A DNA stretch of 64,000 nucleotides, taken from IMG/VR virus record IMGVR_UViG_3300042892_003817. The stretch is one strand, 5' to 3'. Each line of letters begins with the position of its first letter. Within the stretch, counting starts at the first letter, position 1. Positions 16,540 through 27,400 of this stretch are shown in pieces. A program made the translations under genes and the position numbers. The notes beneath the pieces are model-generated. The model was not told where the DNA came from. It saw only the letters and a program-made list of their open reading frames with translations, and ran no database searches. This stretch comes from a virus. Lineage: Duplodnaviria; Heunggongvirae; Uroviricota; Caudoviricetes.

Positions 16540-17865
16540 TTATAAAACTAAGTTACTACTGTATTTGAACTTTATAGGGTATTTTCCTCCCTGGTTCATT
16601 ATTTTTTCTAAAGATTCTAGTGTTTCCTTGCTGTCTGATTTATCAAAGTCAAATACAAAAGCATCATAAGTATAGAGTGCTAAACTGCTCTTCTTATCTT
16701 GAAGAAACATAAGCACATCTTTTAATATAAGAATATTTCTTGAGGTTTCCAAGCTCTGCATCATATAGTTCATAAGCTTCTGCGGATGCATCTCTGGAAG
16801 ATCTTGTGTAAATCTTTTTCCTGATATTGGATCTTCTACATATCCTTGTTCTTTAAATTGCTTCCAAAGACCGTTTATATAATTCTGAATCTTATCGAAG
16901 ATTTCTAAGAAAGCATACTCAGGTGGAATCTTTCCGTAAATGGCATGGAAGTTAATTTGTTTTGCTTTCGCATATTCATCTTCAGCTATTTCATCTTTAC
17001 CGAAGTACAGTCTAGCCAATTGAACGTGTGCGGATTCATCTGTTAATTCATAACCTATTTGTTCGCATAATAGTCTTAAATGATATCCATCAAAGTCCAT
17101 TTCTACAAATACATCGTTCTGAGGAATAATTGCTTTTCTAAATTCAGGTGCTTTTGGTATTGCAGCAAAATTTACTGAATTAAAAGCATTTGTTGGACGA
17201 GAAGTTGTATTATATAAATTATACGAAGTATATATAATATTGTTATCAATACTATATACAGGATTGTTTGGTTTAAACAATTCTAGAAAAGATTGATAGG
17301 TTATTCTCAGTCCAGCTCTCTCAATCATAAAGAAAACAGACGTTGCAGTTTTATTATAGAAATCAAAGCCATTGGGTATTGCAATCTGCAATATCTTTTG
17401 TAATGACTTATAATTCTCCTCACATTTTTCAAATAGCTTTGATATTGGAATTATAGCATTTATTTCTTTAAAATCATGAAAGCGATTGTAATACCAATTG
17501 CAAGTTGAATTAGATCTTGGAAGTTCAAGTCTATTGTAAGAAGTCATTGAATAAAGTAGGGAAAGATCTATAACATCCTTTAATATAAAGTGGTACATCA
17601 ATTCTTTCTTATCAAACGTATAAAGGGTTGTGTATTCTTTTAGTATGTCAGAGACACAATCTTTTGATAAGTTTAATCCTTCGTCATGGCTTATTGGAAT
17701 AATGTATCCTTCTGGATGATCTAAGGGTCTTAAGTAGATTGCTACAGTAGTTGTAAGAAGTGGATGGTAGTTATCATTTGAAGAAATGACTTCTACATAC
17801 CCTCCTTTCCTTCCTAAATTTTTTAGAAGCTGTATTTGCTCCTCTGTCTCTACTATATAAAACAT
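16540..17865 (-). CDS. polA: Compact, atypical family-A DNA polymerase
   Basis: TTSRPTN, motif A DFDGYHLR, motif B AKQINF..IYG, motif C TYDAF. Confidence 0.8.
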   Translation of the reverse strand: MFYIVETEEQIQLLKNLGRKGGYVEVISSNDNYHPLLTTTVAIYLRPLDHPEGYIIPISHDEGLNLSKDCVSDILKEYTTLYTFDKKELMYHFILKDVIDLSLLYSMTSYNRLELPRSNSTCNWYYNRFHDFKEINAIIPISKLFEKCEENYKSLQKILQIAIPNGFDFYNKTATSVFFMIERAGLRITYQSFLELFKPNNPVYSIDNNIIYTSYNLYNTTSRPTNAFNSVNFAAIPKAPEFRKAIIPQNDVFVEMDFDGYHLRLLCEQIGYELTDESAHVQLARLYFGKDEIAEDEYAKAKQINFHAIYGKIPPEYAFLEIFDKIQNYINGLWKQFKEQGYVEDPISGKRFTQDLPEMHPQKLMNYMMQSLETSRNILILKDVLMFLQDKKSSLALYTYDAFVFDFDKSDSKETLESLEKIMNQGGKYPIKFKYSSNLVL

Positions 17866-17882
17866 TTTCTATAACCTTTTCT

Positions 17883-17913
17883 TTAATATAAGAAAAAAGG
17901 CCTGCAAAAGCAA
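17883..17913 (-). promoter_or_regulatory. Bacteroidota sigma70-type promoter TTG-N20-TATATTAA overlapping a terminator
   Basis: TTG cttttgcaggccttttttct TATATTAA upstream of polA. Confidence 0.6.
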
Positions 17914-17918
17914 GCCTT
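17893..17918 (-). terminator. Intrinsic terminator ending the tail/baseplate operon
   Basis: AGGCTTGC-TTTT-GCAGGCCT hairpin then T-tract. Confidence 0.75.
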
Positions 17919-17922
17919 ATTT

Positions 17923-18897
17923 TTATTCTTTTGTATCGAAATTTGCTTTTCGGTAATTTTCTAATTCTATCAGAGGATCTTTTACTGTTGCTGAAAGTGT
18001 GTCTGGTATGAATAGTTGACTTGGACGTGTTGGCGGTACAAGGTATGCAAAGTCTCTTACAACTCTAGTAATTCCTGGCATTTGTTTTTCCAGTGCTACT
18101 ATAGTATTTAGATTCTTAGTTGCTGCTCCTTCGTATTTATAATTTCCAAACATTATATCTTCTGCAGGACCTTGTATCTTCCAATTCACTTCTGCATATT
18201 TCCTATTTGGTAATTGTTTTTTAAGCTCTACATAATCCGGTTTTGTTAATTCTACAATTTTATTTGTTACCGGATCTTGTGTAAAGTATCTTTTTACCTC
18301 TCCTAATACTACTTCACTTGTGGTTGGTTTTTTTCTAATTACTCCTCCTTTCAGTGCCTTGAGTAGTAATGGACTTAGGGTTGCAAAAGCTTCCCCCAAT
18401 AAGTCAAAATCTCCTCTATCTCTTACCTTTTCTAACTCCTCACCCATTTGCTCTGGAGAGCTCCCTGCATAGTATTTTTTCTTGAAAGTCTCTATATAAC
18501 TCCCTGTGTATGGTTCTTTTGTAGATTTAATAACAAATTCTCCTCCGTTAGTTGATTTAGGTTTTCTATATCTAGATTTTGGTAAGTACCAAGATCCTTT
18601 CTTTTTTCTATCCGGTGCTGGTGGTGGCTCCGGTGGTGGTGGTGGTGGTACTATTTCCGGTGTTGGAGGCGGAGGTGGTGGTGGTGCTAATTTATAAAAA
18701 TTTACATTACCTTTTCCTAATGCTCCAAAATTTTCTACTGTTCTAGAAACATGTCCTTTTGCGGAATCTATATTAAAATTTACTCCTGACCATACTTCTT
18801 TTCTTACAAATGCCCCATCTGCGTACACCTCTATAACAGGGTCCATACCTTCAAGGTATGTTCTGTATGTAAAGCTTTTTACTTCTATGTTTGCCAT
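17923..18897 (-). CDS. Hypothetical protein with polyproline linker, baseplate-adjacent
   Basis: APPPPPPPTPEIVPPPPPPEPPPAP between two globular-looking parts. Confidence 0.75.
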   Translation of the reverse strand: MANIEVKSFTYRTYLEGMDPVIEVYADGAFVRKEVWSGVNFNIDSAKGHVSRTVENFGALGKGNVNFYKLAPPPPPPPTPEIVPPPPPPEPPPAPDRKKKGSWYLPKSRYRKPKSTNGGEFVIKSTKEPYTGSYIETFKKKYYAGSSPEQMGEELEKVRDRGDFDLLGEAFATLSPLLLKALKGGVIRKKPTTSEVVLGEVKRYFTQDPVTNKIVELTKPDYVELKKQLPNRKYAEVNWKIQGPAEDIMFGNYKYEGAATKNLNTIVALEKQMPGITRVVRDFAYLVPPTRPSQLFIPDTLSATVKDPLIELENYRKANFDTKE

Positions 18898-18909
18898 TGT
18901 GGTATATTA

Positions 18910-21717
18910 TTAAGCTGGTCCCCAGTATTCAAAATGCCATAATTCATCTGTACCTGATACGTCTGATAATCTCCAAGGATTATACCATCCGTGTTTAGCA
19001 CCCAGTGTTGCCATTTGTTTATAGATAGGAGTTTTTCTTCCTTCTTGATTTCTCTTTGGATCACCGCTTCCATTCACAATTCCATGAAGGTTTCCAAAGT
19101 CTAATGCTCCTCCCCATCCATGTGGTGATGATCCTGGGCTTGCTACAGTGCTGCCTGGTTTTAATCCTCCTTGGTGTACCTTACTTCTATATGCACTGGA
19201 CATTCTGTAGGAAATTCCTGCAGCTTTCATATCTGCTTTCCAGGCTTTCCATGCTTTAGCAGCTGCTGGATGTAACATGTATTCTGGTGCTTTTGTAGCA
19301 GGGTTTTTGTAATAAGTACTTGCTCCGCTAGTTTCCCCTATAAATACAAGTAGTTTAGGATTTGTTTGACTTAGTAAACCATTCTGTCCTCCATTTGTTT
19401 TTGAGTTTGCAACAAGTGGTGATGCATTATAACCTACTGCTCCTACTTTCTTAGGATTAATAATAGGTGCTGGGTCCTCTCCTGGTTGTACTGGTCCTGG
19501 TGGTGTATAATTTGCTGCTCCAACTGCTTTTGGTGAAGGTGGCGGTGTTGGGTTAATTACTTGTGGTTGTCTTGCTTCTTGTTTTAACTGTTCTAATAAA
19601 TAAAACTGAGTTGTTACTGAGGTTTCCCATACACTATTGGTACCGATTGTGTGTTCTACCCCTGTTATGATATATCCGAACTTACCGTTATACTTGTCAG
19701 GTAAAAGTCCTGGAGATATTCTAAAGGTTGATGCTATTCTAAGTCCTCCAATACCGTCTAGTTTTAGAGTAAGTTCAACAGGTATTGGAGATGGTCCTGC
19801 ATCTGTTCCTGAAGCCGGTCTTCTTGTTACGTTTTCTACAGTATAGTGAGCGTGTTCTGTTTTTACAGCTTCTAACTCGTCTTTATCATATCCTCCTCCT
19901 GTAAAATCTGTAAAGAATGTTTTTATAGAGTCTTTCCAATCCTGTAGAATTTCTTCTTGATCTGCTTTTACTGCCTCTTCTCCGTCTTTATTTTTAGCTT
20001 GAACATCTTTAGTTACTACAACCCTATCTACAATACCTGGATTCCATTTTAACATGTTCTCCACATTTTCAGAATAGTTCTGTGTTGTCCCTTGTGCAGC
20101 AATAGCAATTTGAGAGGAAGTCTCGTTACTAATTTTACTACTAATACTTATTTCTTTATAGATACTGTTAACCCCTACTAGTGTTAATTCTGCAGGTGGT
20201 TTGGTTTCTGGTGTTAAGTTTCTATCAATTACGTAAAAAGTTCCTCCTTGATCTTCATCATCGTATGCTATATCAAAATCATTTATACCTCCCAGTGCTG
20301 TAGATACTCCATCTAGAATACTCTTCAATACATCGGACATACTTTTGTTAAACTTTCCATCTGTATCCAAAGCTTCATCAAACTTGCTTTTTAGGTATAG
20401 AGAGTTAATATATATATTAAGTACATCACTAGTTATTTCCGCTGGCAGACCTTGGGTAGCTCCGTGTATAAAAGGCAGTACGCCTAACCCTTCGTCGTTT
20501 GGAGCCAGTATTACACATACCAACGGATCCGGTGAAAAGTGCTTAGGACCTGTTATAAACTTTGTGGATTTCTTAATATCTGTATTAAACTTACACATAG
20601 TAGCATTTGGAGTACCCGGTGTTTTTGTAAGATCTTTTATCGCTACAAAATTATTGTATATATCTAAGATAAGTGCCAGCGGTACCCAATGCATCGGTGC
20701 CTCTGTATCCCAAAGCCAACTATCATCTATTTCAACAGCTGCCCAAAATACTATAAAGTCTTGTAGCGGGGCAGCTAATGATGGTGCTTCGCTGGCAAGG
20801 GTTTCTTTACCGACTACACCTTGTTTTAGTAATGCTAGTTTTTGTAAGAAGTAGTGGAAGATACTTTTTCTCTGTTCCTTACCTTCATCACTAGTTGCAG
20901 AATCCATTTCATCTTTAGGTATTAAATTACCTGGGGAGAGTTTTACCGGTGCTGATTCTAGTATCTCTCCTGTTGATATTATACTTACACTACAGTCGTA
21001 CCCTCCGTTTGAGTTATAATTCCAAGAAAAGTTTTTACAATACCCAATCATTCCTTCGTAATTGTAATCACTCTCTTGTCTTATTTTTTTTATTTCATCT
21101 GTAATTTTAGACATTTCTAAACCTTTCTTAAAAAATAAGTCTGGGCTTATTGTCTTAATTGTTTTCTCTAATGTAGTATCATTATTAATATAAAGAGAAT
21201 GTCCCCATTCAAGTAGCATTGTAAATCCTGGTCGTAGATAAAGTCTTTCCATTACTTCAAACTCTTCTAAAGACCATACAGAAAATTTAACATCTGCTTC
21301 TCTTAAGGTACCGTAAGTATTCTTTGACTTTACTGTCATGGATGTTATACCTCCCATAGGTCTAAATCCCATACTAGGTCTTAGTAAGTATGCACTATTT
21401 GTGTTTACATTTCCTGAGGTGTCTATCCCTTGTCGTAGACCTCCCCCTGGTTTCATTATACCTCCAAAAAGCACATTTTCTTTTGCTAATGTATCGTCTC
21501 CTTTTATTGTAAGTCTGCCTTTCTGTATTCTAAGTTGAGCTACTTCATCATCAGTTAATGTATTAACACCGGAAGATAATTTTACCCATCCAGTCTTACT
21601 GTTCATGTACATTAAGTCGTCATTGGTTCTATCTTTTGTTTTACCTATGACTTTTTTTCTTGCTTCGAGCTGTTCTGCGATTCCTGGGCTTATGCCTGTT
21701 CCTACTTCTAATCCCAT
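18910..21717 (-). CDS. Baseplate hub-like protein with C-terminal M15 (VanY-like) peptidase
   Basis: SAYRS, SPHGWGGALD (SxHxxxxAxD) and ELWH (ExxH); position after LysM-like wedge gene. Confidence 0.75.
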   Translation of the reverse strand: MGLEVGTGISPGIAEQLEARKKVIGKTKDRTNDDLMYMNSKTGWVKLSSGVNTLTDDEVAQLRIQKGRLTIKGDDTLAKENVLFGGIMKPGGGLRQGIDTSGNVNTNSAYLLRPSMGFRPMGGITSMTVKSKNTYGTLREADVKFSVWSLEEFEVMERLYLRPGFTMLLEWGHSLYINNDTTLEKTIKTISPDLFFKKGLEMSKITDEIKKIRQESDYNYEGMIGYCKNFSWNYNSNGGYDCSVSIISTGEILESAPVKLSPGNLIPKDEMDSATSDEGKEQRKSIFHYFLQKLALLKQGVVGKETLASEAPSLAAPLQDFIVFWAAVEIDDSWLWDTEAPMHWVPLALILDIYNNFVAIKDLTKTPGTPNATMCKFNTDIKKSTKFITGPKHFSPDPLVCVILAPNDEGLGVLPFIHGATQGLPAEITSDVLNIYINSLYLKSKFDEALDTDGKFNKSMSDVLKSILDGVSTALGGINDFDIAYDDEDQGGTFYVIDRNLTPETKPPAELTLVGVNSIYKEISISSKISNETSSQIAIAAQGTTQNYSENVENMLKWNPGIVDRVVVTKDVQAKNKDGEEAVKADQEEILQDWKDSIKTFFTDFTGGGYDKDELEAVKTEHAHYTVENVTRRPASGTDAGPSPIPVELTLKLDGIGGLRIASTFRISPGLLPDKYNGKFGYIITGVEHTIGTNSVWETSVTTQFYLLEQLKQEARQPQVINPTPPPSPKAVGAANYTPPGPVQPGEDPAPIINPKKVGAVGYNASPLVANSKTNGGQNGLLSQTNPKLLVFIGETSGASTYYKNPATKAPEYMLHPAAAKAWKAWKADMKAAGISYRMSSAYRSKVHQGGLKPGSTVASPGSSPHGWGGALDFGNLHGIVNGSGDPKRNQEGRKTPIYKQMATLGAKHGWYNPWRLSDVSGTDELWHFEYWGPA

Positions 21718-22022
21718 TACCTTGATTTATTTACCTCACTATATAATTGTAATATATATTCTTTATTAGCGGGAATTCGTAACTGTACGCCTGGCTCTAC
21801 TATTAGAGAGGCTCTTTCTGAATTATTTGCAGATGCAATTATCCACCATAGAGTATGGTCTTTGTAAAATTGCTGAGCTAGTGTATCATACCTGTCACCT
21901 CCTGTGGAGATAACATAATAGTCATCTTGAGATAAAGGTATTTCAGGGTATATAGCATTTAACCTATACCTTACGTTATCTGAAGTTATTACCTCTTTTA
22001 TATTTTTATATCTATCTGCCAT
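21717..22022 (-). CDS. LysM-like baseplate wedge/tail protein
   Basis: GDRYDTLAQQFY.D..LWWIIA.AN...PG.QLRIP. Confidence 0.8.
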   Translation of the reverse strand: MADRYKNIKEVITSDNVRYRLNAIYPEIPLSQDDYYVISTGGDRYDTLAQQFYKDHTLWWIIASANNSERASLIVEPGVQLRIPANKEYILQLYSEVNKSR

Positions 22023-22031
22023 TTATTTTTT

Positions 22032-24182
22032 TTAAAAAAACGGTTTTGATCCGTTTAATGGTGCTGGACTTGTAAAGTAATGATGTAATCCTGTTTGTGG
22101 AGCAAAATTGTGAATTGGTTTAAATGAAATGCTACAGTCTAAAGTCATTGGTAACTCTTGCTGATCATCATCTACTCCGCCTTCTGGGTTTTGCATTGCT
22201 ATTTCCCACATATAGTCTGGATTCCATGTATACTTAACAGAGGTTATTATCCCCGGTATTTGACTAAAATACGAACCAATTGACAATTTAACAAGCGTAC
22301 CCCTCATAAATTTTGACCCACCTCCATAAGTTGGTGCTGTAGCTGAGGCTAGGTATACCATTTTTCTGTAAAGAGGTTTCATCTCTGCTCTAGATTGAGC
22401 TGATATTTTAAACCCTACTGATATATCTCTTTTAAATCCTTTGTATGTAAAGAACTCTTCTGCTCTACCTACATATTGATGTGAATCCCAGTCTCCTGAG
22501 TAACTATCATCTATACTGTCAATATGTGCTCTAAAGTGTAGAAAGGTACCATCACCGTCATCTACATTGTCTGGTGTTATTATTTCAAAGTAGAATTTAG
22601 CTAAATCTCTTGCTGCGCTTGTTCCATCTATTCTAGTTTCACTCTCCTGTAAAGCATTTAATTGATCTACTTTATCTGGATCTATATTACTGTAGCTAAC
22701 TTTTCCTATATTCTTACCTTGGTTACCTAAATTAACTCTTGTTTCTTTATTGATAGTAGGACTGCCGTATGCAAAAGAAGTTGGACCTGTTCTAAAGTCA
22801 CTTACATTTCTATTAACACTATTCTCATCAACAACTTTATTATCTTCTTTTCCTGATAGAGGTATACTTCCTTCTACTTTATAAGTCTGTTCAGTATTTA
22901 CTTTATCAGTTACTGTAATAAAACCGCCTTCATTTGCACTGTTAATATTACTCTGTGTATTTGTTCCGGTATAAGTTGCTCCGTCTGTATACTTACTTGA
23001 GGAAGGTACTGTGGTTTCAGCAATTGGTGCGGCATATTCTCCTGAGTTAATTAAACTACCCCCTGGCATACTTCCTGATGCTAGAGTTGTATTTCTTATA
23101 CCTGCTTGTTTACTTACTTTTATTGGAGTACCTGCTGCTACACTATTTACATTGTCTTGAGTGTTTACACCTGTGAAAGTTGATCTATCTTTATACTTAT
23201 TTCCTAACTGTAATGCCGAAGCTGCAATACTCTGTATTGTATCTTTTGAAGCAATAAGGTCTGTGTAGTCTACTGAGTTTGGTAGACTGTTTAAGGAACC
23301 TGTCTGTGCTGTTGTTTGATTTTGCTGTGGATTTCCATTTGCAAATTTCTGAACAGGACCTACTGGTACTGGTTTTCCTTCTTCTGCTAAATATCTTGAT
23401 TGCTTATCTCTGTCTTTAGTATCGTCAGAATCGTATTTACTATCTTTTAATAGTTTTGTATCGTCTCTAGAAACTAGACTTGATGTTACTGAAAGTGATG
23501 ACCAAGGTTTCCAGCCTTCTTGACCTTCGTTATCTTGTATAATAATTCCATCCCCTTGTGAATATGTTCTATTTTCACCTTGAGGAATTGGTTTGTTTAT
23601 TTTTTCATCATATCCAAATTTACTACCTGTAATTAACTCTCCTGTCTTTTGGTCGTATATATCTGAATTGATATACATAGGAACCTCTTTCCCACTAAGT
23701 GCGTAAGGTGCTCCTTCTACTCCTCCTGCTCCAAAAAATTGAGCAAAGCCTGATGGTTTTACTCCTTCTGGATCTGGTCTTAAGTATGTATCTGTTCTAA
23801 ATCCTTTTAAGAAATGCGTACCTGTTCCATTTACTGGAACTTGTGCAAGAGTTGAACCTGCAATTTTAACTGTATTTACTAAAGTATTTCCAGCTTGCTG
23901 TAAAACAGCCCCTACTGTACTCTTACCTTTATCTTTTGCTTTTCTTATTTTATCTCCAACATTTACCTGTTGAAGTAAAGCTTCGTTTCCTAGGTACTTT
24001 AATCCAGGACGGTCAATAAGCATTTGGGCAATACGGGAAGTGTCATCTATACGCTTAGTTATTTGCATACCCGTTTGATTACTAGAAGGAGGGTTGTTTA
24101 TATCCTTAGTAATGTAGGGTTTATCGCTTCCATAACGGAGACTTTTAAGGTCTGTCTGGAGATTTAATAGTCCGTTTGCCAT
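22032..24182 (-). CDS. Putative tail-tube initiator/baseplate protein
   Basis: C-terminal FRA.I....D.Y...W....Y.GR.E....Y.GF.R.I...F tube-like domain; follows tape measure. Confidence 0.6.
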   Translation of the reverse strand: MANGLLNLQTDLKSLRYGSDKPYITKDINNPPSSNQTGMQITKRIDDTSRIAQMLIDRPGLKYLGNEALLQQVNVGDKIRKAKDKGKSTVGAVLQQAGNTLVNTVKIAGSTLAQVPVNGTGTHFLKGFRTDTYLRPDPEGVKPSGFAQFFGAGGVEGAPYALSGKEVPMYINSDIYDQKTGELITGSKFGYDEKINKPIPQGENRTYSQGDGIIIQDNEGQEGWKPWSSLSVTSSLVSRDDTKLLKDSKYDSDDTKDRDKQSRYLAEEGKPVPVGPVQKFANGNPQQNQTTAQTGSLNSLPNSVDYTDLIASKDTIQSIAASALQLGNKYKDRSTFTGVNTQDNVNSVAAGTPIKVSKQAGIRNTTLASGSMPGGSLINSGEYAAPIAETTVPSSSKYTDGATYTGTNTQSNINSANEGGFITVTDKVNTEQTYKVEGSIPLSGKEDNKVVDENSVNRNVSDFRTGPTSFAYGSPTINKETRVNLGNQGKNIGKVSYSNIDPDKVDQLNALQESETRIDGTSAARDLAKFYFEIITPDNVDDGDGTFLHFRAHIDSIDDSYSGDWDSHQYVGRAEEFFTYKGFKRDISVGFKISAQSRAEMKPLYRKMVYLASATAPTYGGGSKFMRGTLVKLSIGSYFSQIPGIITSVKYTWNPDYMWEIAMQNPEGGVDDDQQELPMTLDCSISFKPIHNFAPQTGLHHYFTSPAPLNGSKPFF

Positions 24183-24189
24183 TTAATTT

Positions 24190-24414
24190 TTATCCTGGTA
24201 GGTTACTCATGTAAGGAAGTCCTTGTCCTGATGGAGACACTACTGGTATTTGTCCGTCTAAGTCTAAAGCAGAAGGAGATTGATCAATCGCTGGTGTGTT
24301 ATTGATTGATGATTGATTGTGTAGTGTTGAATTTGGATTAGCACTTGCAATTGTTGCTGGTGTAGATCCCTGTAATCCTAAGTTTGACGATGGTAATAAG
24401 TCTAATAGTCCCAT
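24190..24414 (-). CDS. Small hypothetical tail-region protein
   Basis: 74-aa ORF preceded by TATTTATA motif (24434-24441). Confidence 0.6.
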   Translation of the reverse strand: MGLLDLLPSSNLGLQGSTPATIASANPNSTLHNQSSINNTPAIDQSPSALDLDGQIPVVSPSGQGLPYMSNLPG

Positions 24415-24447
24415 ATTAATTGTTTTAATTTATTATAAATAGTTTAT

Positions 24448-27400
24448 TTATGAAGATTTATAACTTCCGAGTACTTGTGCTCTACCGACTTTGTTAGAAT
24501 CTAAGTATACATTTCCTCCTGCTTTTACTACTGCTATAAGTTCTGTTAATTTAGCTTCTACTACTGCCATAGATCCTTCCTCTGATTTTCCTTTAGCTTC
24601 TCCTGCACTATCTCCTCCCATTCCAAAAGCTTCTGCTAAAGATACTAATGCTGGTGATACTGCTGCAAGCATTACTGCTCCTCCGATTGCCGGTATTGCC
24701 AGAACTCCTGCTAGGGCTACTGCTCCTAATCCTGCTGCTATACTAAATAAAGCCATTCCAACTCCTAATAATCCTGGTGCTGCGGCTGCTATTTGCATTA
24801 AGGTTGTTGCTAGTATTGGAAGTACTCCGGCTGATGCGACTGCGCTTAGTAGTGTTAGTGGTATAATCATCGCACTCATTGCGACTGCTGCTAATAACAT
24901 TCCTGGGAATGCAAGGAATCCTGCTGCTCCTAGTAGCCCCATCCCTATTCCTGTTGCTCCTAATCCTAGTCCTGCTGCTACTCCTTTGTCTGCCATAGTA
25001 TCTAGTAACTGGTTGAATAGGCCAAAGCCTGCTTGTCCAGCTGTTAACACCATAAACCCTGCTCCTACTGCCATTAATCCAACTCCTAAAGCTGCTAATG
25101 CTAATGCTCCCATAGCAATTGGCGTTAGTAAGAATCCTAAACCTGCTGCTGCAAGAGCTAATAAAGGTACTGCTATTGAGAATGCTATAATCTTATCTGT
25201 ATCTACATCTTTTAATAAACTGAATGCATATGCTGCTGGTATTAAAGCTAGAGCGACTATTCCTAAAGCTAAGGCTCCTTGTATAACGTTACCTCCTATC
25301 TTACCCATAATGGCTAAAGTAAGCCCTAACATAGCTATTGATCCTGTAAATGCTAACATCTTAGCGGGATCAACATCTTTAATAATCATCATAGCAATTG
25401 CTAATCCTCCTGCTATTGCAACTCCTGCAATTCCTAATGCTATTGCTCCTTTTATTATATCGCCCATTTGTTTACCCATACTGGCTAAACCATCTCCTAG
25501 TCCTTTTAAAAATCCTTTTATTCCTCCACCTTTCTTTGCGTCTGCTCCTCCGGCATCTCCTGCAAGACTTTTCGTCTTATCAGCTGCTGGACCCATTATC
25601 TTATCTTTTAAGCCTCCAGCTCCTCCTTTAAATCCTCCTGTTAAATTATCTTTAAGGCCTCCTAAAGCGGATTTTAATCCTCCACTTTTAAATAAACTTG
25701 TTATACCTGTTAGAGCTTTTGCTCCTAACTGGTACATTGATCCAAAAGCTTTCCCTACTCCCGATACTGCTACTCCTAAGAAATTAGCTGCTACTACTGC
25801 TAGAAGTATTGCTTTTCCTATAGGGTTTCCTACTACCATTGCAATAAGCTTTGCTACAGGTGTTATTACAAACATCAATGCATCTACTAAATTAACAACT
25901 ACATCCAAGACTGGGGCAAATGCTTCTGCTAATTTTTGCATACCTACTTGCATCTTTTCTTGAACATCCATTGCTTTTGACTGCTCTAAAGTAACTCCTC
26001 TTGCTTTTGCTATTTGCTCGTCAGTCATGTTCTTCATTGCTTCTTGCGTTAGTACGCTTTTAGCAAGTTGATCTCTGGACATTCCTAATGCTTTAGCTAA
26101 ACTTTCTTGTTCAAGACGGTTCATACCAGCGTACTCTGCTGCTGATGCTCCGTTCTTCTTTAGTTCATTAGCTACTCCTTCTAGGTCGTTATTCAATGCA
26201 AGTTCTCTTGCTTTAGATAGGTTTAAGTTTTTCCCGGTAAGTAATTGTGCTTCTAATTCTGCAGATATAGAATCTTCAAAATTAAGAAAGCTTCCTGCAA
26301 TTTCATCTACTTCGCTTAGACTTAATCCTAATCCTCTTGCCGCTACTGCTGCAGCTCCTATCTTCTTCTCACTATTTCCTAAAGAAGCTGTTATACTATC
26401 TGAAGCACCTAGTACATCCTGTAACACTACTCCGTGCGCTATTCCTGCTCGATTTGCTCCATTATACGCATTTACTGTATCGTAAATTCCTTGTCCTACT
26501 TGATCTGCAGACTTTCCGGTAGTCTTCATTAAGATTCCCATTCTACCTGCTTGTTCGGCTGAAAGTCCTAATAAATTTTTAGCTTCTGCTAATTGTGCTA
26601 TTTGATCTGGTGCAAATACTAGAGTTGCGGATACTCCTAACTGTTTTGTTAGTTCTGCTGCGGTTTGTAAAAATTGTGCTGATGTTGCTAATCTATCATT
26701 AACTCCTGCAATAGATGTTTCGTATTGACCTGTTAACTGTTGTACTTCTACAGATGCTTTATTTACTCGGAAGAATCCGTCTAATATTGCTGTAATTATT
26801 GTTAATGGATCTAAAAGAGCTTTTCCAAAGCCGGAAGCTAAGGGACCTAAGCCTTTCATCATGATAGCGGTCTTACTTATATGCTCTCCATTTCTTGCTG
26901 CTGCTTCTGCAGCCTCTTGCATTGCTTTCTTAGATTCTTCTATAGAGTCTTTGAATATTCCTGAGTTCATTCCCAGTTTACTCATTATCCCATCTATACC
27001 ACCTATGATTGCTCCACTAACTCCTAATGAGTTACTTACTTGCTTTTCAAATGCCAGTCTTTTTTTATACTGATCTTCTACCTCTGCTGTAAGTGATTTT
27101 TCAATTTCAAAATGATCAGCTGCTGCTCGTAAGATTGCCTCTTCCTGTATTGATAACTTATCTAGGTACTTTAACCTTTCTATAGTTTCTGCAGTTATTT
27201 TTCCTTCAAACCCTAAACCTATCTTTTGTCTAGCTAGTCTTTCAGCTTGGTACTGTAACTCCTTTATATGGTTTTGGTTTTTTGATCTAAGTTTGTCTAA
27301 CTCTTCAGAAGTCAGATTACTTATCCCCATAGAAGTGTCCTGAAGGTTCCTTGCAATACTATCCATTTTTCTATACTCTGCTGCTGATTCAGCTTGTATA

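Noticed and set aside
20345-20854. Other plus-strand ORFs of 60-170 aa throughout the window
   Set aside because: All lie wholly inside convincing minus-strand genes, with no expression signals or motifs
24491-25963. 490-aa plus-strand ORF
   Set aside because: Antisense shadow of the Ala/Gly/Leu-rich tape measure; GCN/GGN codon bias removes stops on the opposite strand; no motifs
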